Positions 1 through 6,904 of a stretch of 27,352 nt of DNA are shown here, piece by piece; position 1 is the first letter of the stretch; the number at the start of each line of letters is the position of its first letter. The position numbers were made by a program, and so were the translations under genes. Origin of the DNA: Pseudomonadota bacterium (lineage in GTDB: Bacteria > Bdellovibrionota > Bdellovibrionia > Bdellovibrionales > Bdellovibrionaceae); the NCBI GenBank assembly GCA_041178425.1, contig JBEGVH010000002.1, forward strand, positions 1 through 27,352. Reading direction: 5' to 3'. The notes below the pieces were generated by a model, which saw only the letters and a program-made list of their open reading frames with translations, ran no database searches and was not told the origin of the DNA.

Positions 1-74
1 CCTTCACCAAAGATCCATAGCTCTGCAAGTATTCTTATGATAGAAGGACAAGGTTATTCATTTTTTATCCATTT

Positions 75-419
75 GGGGGCGTAACGGCTTCGACGTGGGT
101 GCTGAAACATAAGGAGCATACCGGGGCGCATGAGGACCTCGTTAAAAATGTGCATTTTGTAATTGGCAACGATTACGCACTTGCAGCTTAATTGACTGCA
201 CGATCTACCTTGAGGTGGTTGCGCTCTTGGATAGATTGTCATTTAGTGACCTCGGCGTGTTGGGTTTTCTCCAGCAGACTCGCTTAAATTTACTGGGGGA
301 GTGTTTATGCTGATTTTGTTAGTGGAAGCTTCATAAACAAACTAAAACACTGACTAAGTATGTAGCGCCTTATCGTGGATCGCTTGCGGACGGGGGTTCA
401 ATTCCCCCCGCCTCCACCA
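75..419 (+). ncRNA. ssrA: tmRNA (transfer-messenger RNA)
   Basis: 5' GGGGGCG (75-81) pairs with CGCCTCC (409-415), including the G3:U alanine identity pair. The 5' end continues ..GGCTTCGAC; the T-arm is GGGGGTTCAATTCCCCC; the encoded 3' end is ACCA (416-419). Internal tag ORF GGC AAC GAT TAC GCA CTT GCA GCT TAA = GNDYALAA* (165-191). Confidence 0.98.
411..419 (+). repeat. attL core (CCTCCACCA, tmRNA 3' end)
   Basis: The identical 9-mer recurs at 3431-3439 in direct orientation. Confidence 0.8.
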
Positions 420-424
420 CTCTT

Positions 425-455
425 ATCGGGGGTCTTTTGGCCCCCGGTCTTTTTC
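425..455 (+). terminator. Intrinsic terminator of ssrA
   Basis: Hairpin ATCGGGGGTC-TTTT-GGCCCCCGGT (includes G:U pairs) followed by CTTTTT, a few nt after the CCA end. Confidence 0.85.
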
Positions 456-477
456 AAGCACTTAAATCAGATTTTTA
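452..477 (+). promoter_or_regulatory. Tandem IHF-like sites at the left islet end
   Basis: TTTCAAgcacTTA (452-464, one mismatch) and AATCAGatttTTA (465-477) versus the consensus WATCARNNNNTTR. Confidence 0.5.
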
Positions 478-536
478 ATAATTCCCAATGATTTTAATAA
501 TTTGTGTTACAAAAATATCCGCCATCCCAAAGCTAC

Positions 537-596
537 AAAACAACGAAGCATTTTAATATGAGGCCCAAACGAAGACCGCTGGGCTTCGTTGGTTTT
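537..596. repeat. Putative integrase arm-type repeats, left end
   Basis: CAACGAAGC (541-549), ATATGAGGCCCA (556-567), AAACGAAGACC (567-577) and an inverted copy (577-592, reverse complement CCAACGAAGCCCAGCG). Confidence 0.6.
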
Positions 597-658
597 AATT
601 TCTCATAATTTACTAGATATGTAGTATTTTTTCTGGTGATCCGCTACTTTTTAAGAGT

Positions 659-979
659 ATGAGCCTAAGAACTTCAAAGGTTCTTCCCAGTAAGGAAGGC
701 CGACTTTTAAGAAAACTAAGAAAAGACAAAAAGCTCTCGATGCGAAGCCTTGCCCAAGCAGTGAGTGTGACTGACAGCTACATCGCACAGATGGAAACAG
801 GGCGAGCCAATGCCCCCAAAGGTGAAACCCTTTATCGAATGCTGATGGCCCTTGGAACCAATGAAAAGGCTTTTAAAGAAAGGCTCCGCAATTTTAAAGA
901 GGATCGCACCGATGCATACTTATCTCTATTGATATCAAATCGATCCGATATTCTAAAAAGCCATTTTTCGGCCTCATGA
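659..979 (+). CDS. XRE-family helix-turn-helix regulator (C-terminus possibly truncated)
   Basis: LRKLRKDKKLSMRSLAQAVSVTDSYIAQMETG is a canonical HTH_XRE pattern. Confidence 0.85.
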   Translation: MSLRTSKVLPSKEGRLLRKLRKDKKLSMRSLAQAVSVTDSYIAQMETGRANAPKGETLYRMLMALGTNEKAFKERLRNFKEDRTDAYLSLLISNRSDILKSHFSAS

Positions 980-1050
980 AGCCTAGGAGCATCAGTCAGT
1001 TCATATCTCTCAAGAATGAGGCTTGGTGTGGCTTGGGTTTTCATTATGGA

Positions 1051-1893
1051 CTACCAGCGACCTTCAATATCTTTTAACTCTTTGGTAAGCACGGTAAAGG
1101 CTTCTTCGAATGACCGAGCAGAAGATATTGAAGCCACTGCACTTGACCACCCTTTTTGAAGCCGACTTGTGTTGAGCTTTTTAACTTCATCAAAGAAACT
1201 ACTTGGAACTTCCGTCTCTCTGAACTCGAAACAATTTTTAATGGCTTTCTTCAATGTCTTCGGATCTGCTTTGGGAAGAAAAACTGCCAAATCGTGAACA
1301 TCTTTAGACCGTGAATTCTGGTCCCCATGAGATATGAGGGCATGAAGCTTTTCCGCACAGATAGTTTCAATGGGATAGACCGACCAACTCATAGATTCTT
1401 GCCCTATCAAGGTATTCACTTCTACCTTTTGGGGGCCAGGAGTGATTGGATCACCAATTCCAAGGTCAAAATTGATAATCTGAGCCTTCTTGATATTTTT
1501 AAAGACTTCACCAATGCCCGCACGATATACATGTCGAATACCGCCATATTCACCTTGAGTCGTAAGGTCGACTTGGGTTTCAAAGCGAAACCAAACTCCA
1601 TCATCAAGATCATGCTCGGCTTGTTTCCTGACCTGTTCGAGGGTCTGCTCGATATTTGATTTTATGAGTAGTGCATCTAAGTCCACTGTGTAGCGAGGAG
1701 ACTCATAAACCTTCAGGCCCACAAAACCTCCTTTAAATACGAGCCGGTCAGAGAGTTTTTTATCAGCAATAAGTCTTGCGACAAGTCTTTCAATCAAAAA
1801 GACGGTTTCAACATCTCTGTATTTGGCCTCAAGCTTTTTGGATATTGTGGTGAGTTTTTGGCGAACAGATTCGCCCTTAGCTTTAGTGGTCAT
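1051..1893 (-). CDS. abiEii: AbiEii/AbiGii-family nucleotidyltransferase toxin (type IV TA)
   Basis: Motifs FKGG, RYTVDLD, AEKLHA and RSKDVHD. ATGA overlap with the upstream antitoxin gene. Confidence 0.92.
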   Translation of the reverse strand: MTTKAKGESVRQKLTTISKKLEAKYRDVETVFLIERLVARLIADKKLSDRLVFKGGFVGLKVYESPRYTVDLDALLIKSNIEQTLEQVRKQAEHDLDDGVWFRFETQVDLTTQGEYGGIRHVYRAGIGEVFKNIKKAQIINFDLGIGDPITPGPQKVEVNTLIGQESMSWSVYPIETICAEKLHALISHGDQNSRSKDVHDLAVFLPKADPKTLKKAIKNCFEFRETEVPSSFFDEVKKLNTSRLQKGWSSAVASISSARSFEEAFTVLTKELKDIEGRW

Positions 1894-2474
1894 CCTTCGA
1901 TAGCTCCTATGATGGCCTCGAAGTATTTGGTGAGATAAGCATCTAGACCTAGCTCTTTTGCCATCACTCCGATTTTTTTAAGTGTTGTCTGCTTTTGTTG
2001 AATGGCTATTCGAGCTGCTTTGATGGCGGTTCTTTCTCCGATTTTACTGGCAAGCTTAAAACCCTCTGCGATGGCTCTTTCGATGGATACAATTCGAAAA
2101 CCATCACCATGAATAATTCCAATATCAAGAGGAGTCTTTGTGCGAATCAGGCGATAACCCTTGCTACTTGTTCGTTGTTCTGGCGACACAAGAATCCATG
2201 TCTGCTGAGGAACTTGATTGGCAAGGTTATAATAAGAAAGAGCTGTCAGGCCGCCGACCACTGAATCTGGTCCGAACTTAGTACAGGCGATTTGAAAATC
2301 AATTTCTCTGGAAGCCTTGGCCTTTGGATGCAGGTATATACCCCTCTCCATCCTGTGGAGCTTTTCTTCTTTTACAAGCCTTGATAGTTCTTGATGACTA
2401 ATGCCAATCGCTTTCGCTTGTTCAAGGGTAAAAGGGCCAAGTTTTTTGAGCTTTGCTTCTTGAGCTGGTGTCAT
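1890..2474 (-). CDS. abiEi: AbiEi-family antitoxin / transcriptional regulator (type IV TA)
   Basis: N-terminal wHTH (FTLEQAKAIGISHQELSRLVKEEKLHRMERGIY), then GGLTALSYYNL and SIERAIAE. The start is placed at ATG 2474 because the longer ORF start (2501) lies inside the promoter/operator. Confidence 0.9.
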   Translation of the reverse strand: MTPAQEAKLKKLGPFTLEQAKAIGISHQELSRLVKEEKLHRMERGIYLHPKAKASREIDFQIACTKFGPDSVVGGLTALSYYNLANQVPQQTWILVSPEQRTSSKGYRLIRTKTPLDIGIIHGDGFRIVSIERAIAEGFKLASKIGERTAIKAARIAIQQKQTTLKKIGVMAKELGLDAYLTKYFEAIIGAIEG

Positions 2475-2495
2475 AGTTCTATTATCGGCATATTT

Positions 2496-2519
2496 TGACA
2501 TTTTTCAATAAAAATGTCA
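2496..2519. promoter_or_regulatory. Palindromic operator over the divergent abiE / HEPN promoters
   Basis: TGACATTTTT-CAAT-AAAAATGTCA, a perfect 10-bp inverted repeat. It overlaps minus-strand TTGAAA-16-GATAAT and plus-strand TTGACA-17-CATTTT. Confidence 0.75.
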
Positions 2520-2551
2520 TTTTTAGCCAAGGGTGGAAAGGGGTGATTAAA

Positions 2552-3232
2552 ATGGAGAGTCAGGTCATTTTTTTTGAAATTGATGGTGATAGACAAGTAG
2601 AGGAGGTCAAAAAACAAGTCTTAAGACTTCTCATAACGAAGTAGGACTTAGAGTCCACCACCAATACATTGGTTGAAATTATTAAACTGCTAAGACAGCC
2701 CACTCAAGTCAGCCCAGTTGTTATTCAATCTATGACTATTTGTGCAATTGTATCTTATAGCAGATGTTTTAATAGTTCCTTTAGTTATACCCTTAGTCCT
2801 GATTTCTTTGATAACACCACCTTGAGCGATAGAGCGACGGAATCAGCCGAAGAAAAAGAAATTACTGAGCGAATGTTCCATAACTTAGTAATGAACTACC
2901 GAAACAAACACATTGCCCACTCTGACGATTTTCTCAAATCCGGAACTGTCGGAGCTTGCAGACTTGGGAAAGACTATGCGATTGCACCCCTTATAGCTTC
3001 AAGGGTTCCTCAAGAGGATGTTTCCTTTTATAACTCGCTTGGGCGACTAACAAGCAAAGCCTTAGGAAATGTGGAGGCTAGATTGAAATCTGCCCAAGAG
3101 AAACTTCTGAGCCTCCTACAAAGCGGTCAGGCTAAGATTTCGAATAGAGAGTCAAAATTAGTTCCAATTCCTTTGGAAGTGGATGCTCTAGAAATGTGGG
3201 GACTAGCAGAAACTTATACTGGCGAAAAGTGA
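2552..3232 (+). pseudogene. HEPN-like (RxxxxxH) protein interrupted by an in-frame TAG at codon 31
   Basis: SD-like AAGGGGTG precedes ATG 2552. The frame reads MESQVIFF...LLITK*DLES, in frame with the 2669-3232 ORF. Motifs AIVSYSRCF and RNKHIAH (2900-2920). Confidence 0.7.
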
Positions 3233-3258
3233 CATTTTTTAAAGAAAATGTCACTTTT
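3225..3258. promoter_or_regulatory. Second copy of the operator palindrome (may double as a terminator)
   Basis: AAAAGTGACATTTT-TTAAAG-AAAATGTCACTTTT; same TGACA-N14-TGTCA geometry as 2496-2519. Confidence 0.65.
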
Positions 3259-3311
3259 ATCCATCTTACCCAGAGCAGCAGTGTGGGTAAGAAAATTAAA
3301 GTGGCCAAACT

Positions 3312-3335
3312 TCACATTTCTTAGCAAAAATGTGA
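3312..3335. promoter_or_regulatory. Third, degenerate copy of the operator palindrome
   Basis: TCACATTTCT-TAGC-AAAAATGTGA; same 24-bp geometry, with reciprocal changes in both outer arms. Confidence 0.55.
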
Positions 3336-3371
3336 TATTTCACCCACTGGCCTTTTCAGGATTTAATATTT

Positions 3372-3416
3372 ATATGAAGCCCAACGAGGCCCAGTGTGAG
3401 GAAAATCAAGGGGTTA
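3372..3416 (+). repeat. Putative arm-type repeats plus IHF site, right islet end
   Basis: ATATGAAGCCCA (11/12 match to 556-567) and CCAACGAGGCCCAGTG (14/16 match to the reverse complement of 577-592). Perfect IHF consensus AATCAAggggTTA at 3404-3416. Confidence 0.65.
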
Positions 3417-3430
3417 GAGGCTAAAAAATA

Positions 3431-3439
3431 CCTCCACCA
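3431..3439 (+). repeat. attR core (CCTCCACCA)
   Basis: Exact copy of the last 9 nt of the tmRNA, at the boundary between cargo and the doxX-like gene. Confidence 0.8.
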
Positions 3440-3458
3440 ACCGTGCCCAACCCATTCC

Positions 3459-3839
3459 TTACTTCATGGCAAGGACTGGCTTGAATTTCTCCCACACCCC
3501 AAGAGCTGCCAAGCTCTGCAAAATCACGATCACAATCGACATCGCCGAATCAGCCGGAGTGTAAACAACATGAAACAAGAAAATATTCACAACAATCGGC
3601 GATAATAACAATAGCGCCAGTGGCACATAGAGCCCCGCCAAGAGGGCTATTCCAGCAATCACCTCTATCCCCTTCACCATAGGAAGCATGTAGGAGAGAC
3701 CAAAGAGACCGCCAATGGCTTTTCCGGCCTCTTCTGCCATGGGAGGCATAGGCAGAAAATGCAAAAACCCATTAAGCCCGAAAACAGCAAAGAGTAATCC
3801 TAAAAGAACTCGTGCACCTAAAGTGATTTTGTTTTTCAT
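3459..3839 (-). CDS. DoxX-family membrane protein
   Basis: ARVLLGLLFAVFGLNGF...VKGIEVIAG...PIVVNIFLFH; four hydrophobic segments. Confidence 0.9.
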   Translation of the reverse strand: MKNKITLGARVLLGLLFAVFGLNGFLHFLPMPPMAEEAGKAIGGLFGLSYMLPMVKGIEVIAGIALLAGLYVPLALLLLSPIVVNIFLFHVVYTPADSAMSIVIVILQSLAALGVWEKFKPVLAMK

Positions 3840-3930
3840 ATTAGATCTCTTGTTTCTTGGGCCGAGCCCAGTGTGTGGTTTTTATTCTTAATCTTTGAAC
3901 AAATTATCCAGTGTGGCAATACGCCGATCC

Positions 3931-4236
3931 TTACTTCCAGCCTTTCGTGATGCCATCGGTAGATTGGCGAGAGCACTTAAAGCGAGTTGTTTTAAAGCCT
4001 CGCTTCGCTTCATGCTTGAGTTGTCCCTGATGGTGAACGCGCTTGCGCCAGCGTGCGAAAGCGTATGGGCTCAATTGGTTGCGCATAATCTTTACAAACT
4101 CATTCTCTGAAAAACCAAACTGGACTTCAATAACCTCAAAGGTGGTTCGATCTTCCCACCCCATTCGCACCAAGCGATCAAGATCTTCAGGCAAAAGTGC
4201 TTCGATTTTTTCTTTAAAGGTCCGCGACTGTCCCAT
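3931..4236 (-). CDS. TIGR03643 / DUF2805 family protein
   Basis: Signature DRLVRMGWEDRTTFEVIEVQFG...WRKRV. Start at ATG 4236 after SD GAGGAG. Confidence 0.88.
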   Translation of the reverse strand: MGQSRTFKEKIEALLPEDLDRLVRMGWEDRTTFEVIEVQFGFSENEFVKIMRNQLSPYAFARWRKRVHHQGQLKHEAKRGFKTTRFKCSRQSTDGITKGWK

Positions 4237-4240
4237 GCAC

Positions 4241-4768
4241 CTACTCCTCTTTATTCTCAATCTCGACAGGCAATTTCATAAGGTCCTCTTGGGCGAGCAT
4301 CAGCTCGAGCATCAAATTGGCCGAACCGATCATCTCTTGAAGCTCATTAACTCTTTTTTGATTAAAGATCTCTGACTTAGCCTCGACTTGATGGAACGAA
4401 GAAAAATCGCTAGCAATTTGCTTGAGCATTTTTGATTCACGCGTTTTCAGAATATCGTGAATCACTTCGTTGATGTTCGATACAGCTTCATACAATTTAG
4501 TCTTTTCGTTGGGGGCTGGCGCCTCACGGATCAAACGATACTCGCAAAGTTCTTCGAGGGCAGGGCTAATGAGGGCCTTTGATAATCCTAGTCGCGCAGT
4601 GAGGTCGGTGCAACTAAGTGGTTCGTTGGAAAGGTACAACTGCGTCCAGATAGCACCGTGTATACGCCTGAACCCCCAATAACGGATAAAGTTACCAACA
4701 GAGAGCGAGAGTTTTTGTAGGTTTTTACCGCCTAAGTGGGCCTTAGAAGTTTTCTTCATAATGTTCAT
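4241..4768 (-). CDS. GbsR/MarR-family transcriptional regulator
   Basis: GNFIRYWGFRRIHGAIWTQLYLSNEPLS...LGLSKALISPALEEL pattern. Alternative start at 4759. Confidence 0.85.
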   Translation of the reverse strand: MNIMKKTSKAHLGGKNLQKLSLSVGNFIRYWGFRRIHGAIWTQLYLSNEPLSCTDLTARLGLSKALISPALEELCEYRLIREAPAPNEKTKLYEAVSNINEVIHDILKTRESKMLKQIASDFSSFHQVEAKSEIFNQKRVNELQEMIGSANLMLELMLAQEDLMKLPVEIENKEE

Positions 4769-4790
4769 ACTACCGTGAACATTATGAAGA
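4753..4790. promoter_or_regulatory. 15-bp perfect inverted repeat, probable autoregulatory operator
   Basis: TCTTCATAATGTTCA-8 nt-TGAACATTATGAAGA, overlapping the regulator's start codon. Confidence 0.75.
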
Positions 4791-4850
4791 GTCAGGCAAA
4801 AACTGTATTAAACAGGGCAAACCCAATTAATTCATCCTTTTAACAGAATT

Positions 4851-6149
4851 TTATTCAATCGCCACAGAGTGAAAAAATTCAGTATCCGTTCCAATTAGTG
4901 CCTTGTAGGCCGCCCTTTCTGCTTCCTCAAGCTTCACTTTGTTCAGCTTTCTCTTCCAAACTATTTTCACTTGTGAGTCACGAACCTCAACACTTTCAAC
5001 ACTATCTCCAACAATTGGCCTCAAACTCAAAATGATACTATTACTTTTTTCCTGTTCAGATGTCATTTTCCTGTACAGCTCTAGCTTCACCATTTGGGAG
5101 AGTTCACTTCTCTTCACAAATTTCTCTGCCAAGTCTTCTAGAGAAAAGTTTTCGGGCATAAGGTTAGTAATACTCAGGCTTACTCCACTGAGACCCGAAT
5201 AATTTGCAAGATGTGATTCAATGATCTCTCTTTGTTCTTTGGTAATTTCGTCACCAAAGATCTGAATTTTTATTCGCGGCGCAGACCAGTCAAAAACCGC
5301 CTCTTTTTTTGCAATCATCGTGTTTGGTAGATTAAACTCAGAACTGATAAAATCTGCGACATTATTCTCGAACTGCGTCTTTTTGTGTAAATACCAAGCC
5401 ATAATAATACTGGGTATGATGAAAACAAACGACCCCCAAGTCATGTATCGATGGATCACTCGATCGCGTCGCGGATTTCGATCCTTTTTTAATTTAAATC
5501 CTAAAAAGCGAACAAAGAGATAGGTGGAAATTAAAATGAAGATCGCATTGATTGAAAAAAGATAAAGTGCACCAACAACATAGCTAAACTCAAAATGGGC
5601 AAGCCCAAAACCCACAGTACAAAGTGGTGGCATCAGCGCTGTTGCAATTGCAACACCCGGAACAGCATTACCCTTAATCCGTCGGGTGTTGGCCACAATG
5701 CCGGCAGCCCCTCCAAAAAAAGCGATGAGAACATCGTAAAAGGTGGGCTGAGTGCGAGCCAGCAACTCCGACGTAGTCGCCGCGGAAGGACTGATTAGAA
5801 AAAACAGCGTTGACGTTACAATACTGATTGCCACCGCATAAAGAAGATTAGTGATCGATTTCTTTAAGAGTTCAAAATCATGAGTACCCAGAGCATAACC
5901 CGCACCCACGATTGAACCCATCAATGGCGAAATCAACATCGCACCAATAATAACAGCTGTCGAGTTTACGTTAAGACCAATGCTCGCGATGAAAATGGCA
6001 AAGATGAGGCCCCAAGCATTCCCGCTTCTAAACTCGGCCCCACCACTAACGAGGGAGTAAGTTCCACCCTCATCAAAATCTGACCTTAAATCCAAGAGCT
6101 CCTTGATAATTGAGTAAAGTCGAAGAACTTTGAATTTAATTTTTTTCAT
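4851..6149 (-). CDS. DUF389 / TIGR00341-family membrane protein
   Basis: IASIGLNVNSTAVIIGAMLISPLMG, ELLARTQPT and PGVAIATALMPPL. Start placed at ATG 6149 after GGGGA. Confidence 0.92.
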   Translation of the reverse strand: MKKIKFKVLRLYSIIKELLDLRSDFDEGGTYSLVSGGAEFRSGNAWGLIFAIFIASIGLNVNSTAVIIGAMLISPLMGSIVGAGYALGTHDFELLKKSITNLLYAVAISIVTSTLFFLISPSAATTSELLARTQPTFYDVLIAFFGGAAGIVANTRRIKGNAVPGVAIATALMPPLCTVGFGLAHFEFSYVVGALYLFSINAIFILISTYLFVRFLGFKLKKDRNPRRDRVIHRYMTWGSFVFIIPSIIMAWYLHKKTQFENNVADFISSEFNLPNTMIAKKEAVFDWSAPRIKIQIFGDEITKEQREIIESHLANYSGLSGVSLSITNLMPENFSLEDLAEKFVKRSELSQMVKLELYRKMTSEQEKSNSIILSLRPIVGDSVESVEVRDSQVKIVWKRKLNKVKLEEAERAAYKALIGTDTEFFHSVAIE

Positions 6150-6316
6150 TAAAATCCCCATGAACAAAACACGAATTGAAGTGTTGATTTCGCTTTTTCT
6201 CAAATTATAGGTTGGGAGTCCTCACGAGGGAAACTCCTTTTTATGCCAAATAAAGGATTTTAATTTTTTGATTCTCATTTATCATAAAAATAGTATTAAC
6301 ATATGGGGGAAGCTCA

Positions 6317-6898
6317 ATGGATAAACGAATCGATGTTTTCATAGAAACTAGTAGACTCTGGCCCCTTGAAATGGCGGAATTACGCAAAATTATTTTATCG
6401 ACGAAATTGAATGAACAACTTAAGTGGAATTTACCTTGTTTCTCTTACGAAAAACATAATATTGTCATTATCCAACCCTTCAAAAAGTGCCTAGCCTTGA
6501 TGTTTTTCAAAGGCGCCCTCCTGAAAGATACCCAAAATTTGCTTGTCTCAAACGGTCCAAATTCTCATTTCGCGAAGCGATTGGAATTTCTATCGATCGG
6601 CGATGTAAAGAAATCCTCCGCATCAATCAAGCGGTATATCAAAGAGGCCATCGCGCTTGGCTCATCAGGTGAGACTACTAAACCCAAGAAAAAACCCGAA
6701 CAAATGCCAGAGGAACTTACGACAGCACTGGCAAAGAATGCTAAACTAAAGTCGGCCTTCTTATCTTTAACACCAGGTCGCCAAAGAGCCTATATCCTTT
6801 ACTTTTCTTCTGCGAAACAATCAGCCACACGAAGGACGAGAATTGAAAAATATATTCCTCGCATCTTAGCAAAAAAGGGCTTGGCTGACCGCGAGTAA
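6317..6898 (+). CDS. YdeI/OmpD-associated (DUF1801) protein
   Basis: LKWNLPCF, FFKGALLKD and C-terminal FLSLTPGRQRAY...AKQSATRRTRIEK. Confidence 0.9.
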   Translation: MDKRIDVFIETSRLWPLEMAELRKIILSTKLNEQLKWNLPCFSYEKHNIVIIQPFKKCLALMFFKGALLKDTQNLLVSNGPNSHFAKRLEFLSIGDVKKSSASIKRYIKEAIALGSSGETTKPKKKPEQMPEELTTALAKNAKLKSAFLSLTPGRQRAYILYFSSAKQSATRRTRIEKYIPRILAKKGLADRE

Positions 6899-6904
6899 AT
6901 AGTT

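Larger units (their letters stand above)
420..3439. mobile_element. tmRNA-integrated genomic islet (no integrase; defence/TA cargo)
   Basis: Flanked by direct repeats of the tmRNA 3' end, with IHF-like boxes and arm-like repeats near both ends. Cargo is XRE, AbiE and a HEPN-like gene, typical of accessory islands. Confidence 0.8.

Noticed and set aside
54..242. 62-aa minus-strand ORF
   Set aside because: It lies antisense to the tmRNA, which fully explains the sequence.
537..596. Short repeats considered as a mini CRISPR array
   Set aside because: Units are ~10 bp, degenerate and mixed in orientation, with no regular spacers and no cas genes.
611..626. TACTA-N6-TAGTA palindrome upstream of the XRE gene
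   Set aside because: It could be an operator, but 5-bp AT-rich arms in a single copy are within chance.
75..1893. Idea that AbiEii specifically targets the adjacent tmRNA 3' CCA
   Set aside because: Related toxins modify tRNA acceptor ends, but adjacency is explained by integration-site choice. Nothing in the sequence supports specificity.
3389..3875. 10-bp direct repeat GCCCAGTGTG at 3389-3398 and 3866-3875 around doxX
   Set aside because: No further similarity and no transposase; the attR core at 3431 explains the boundary better.
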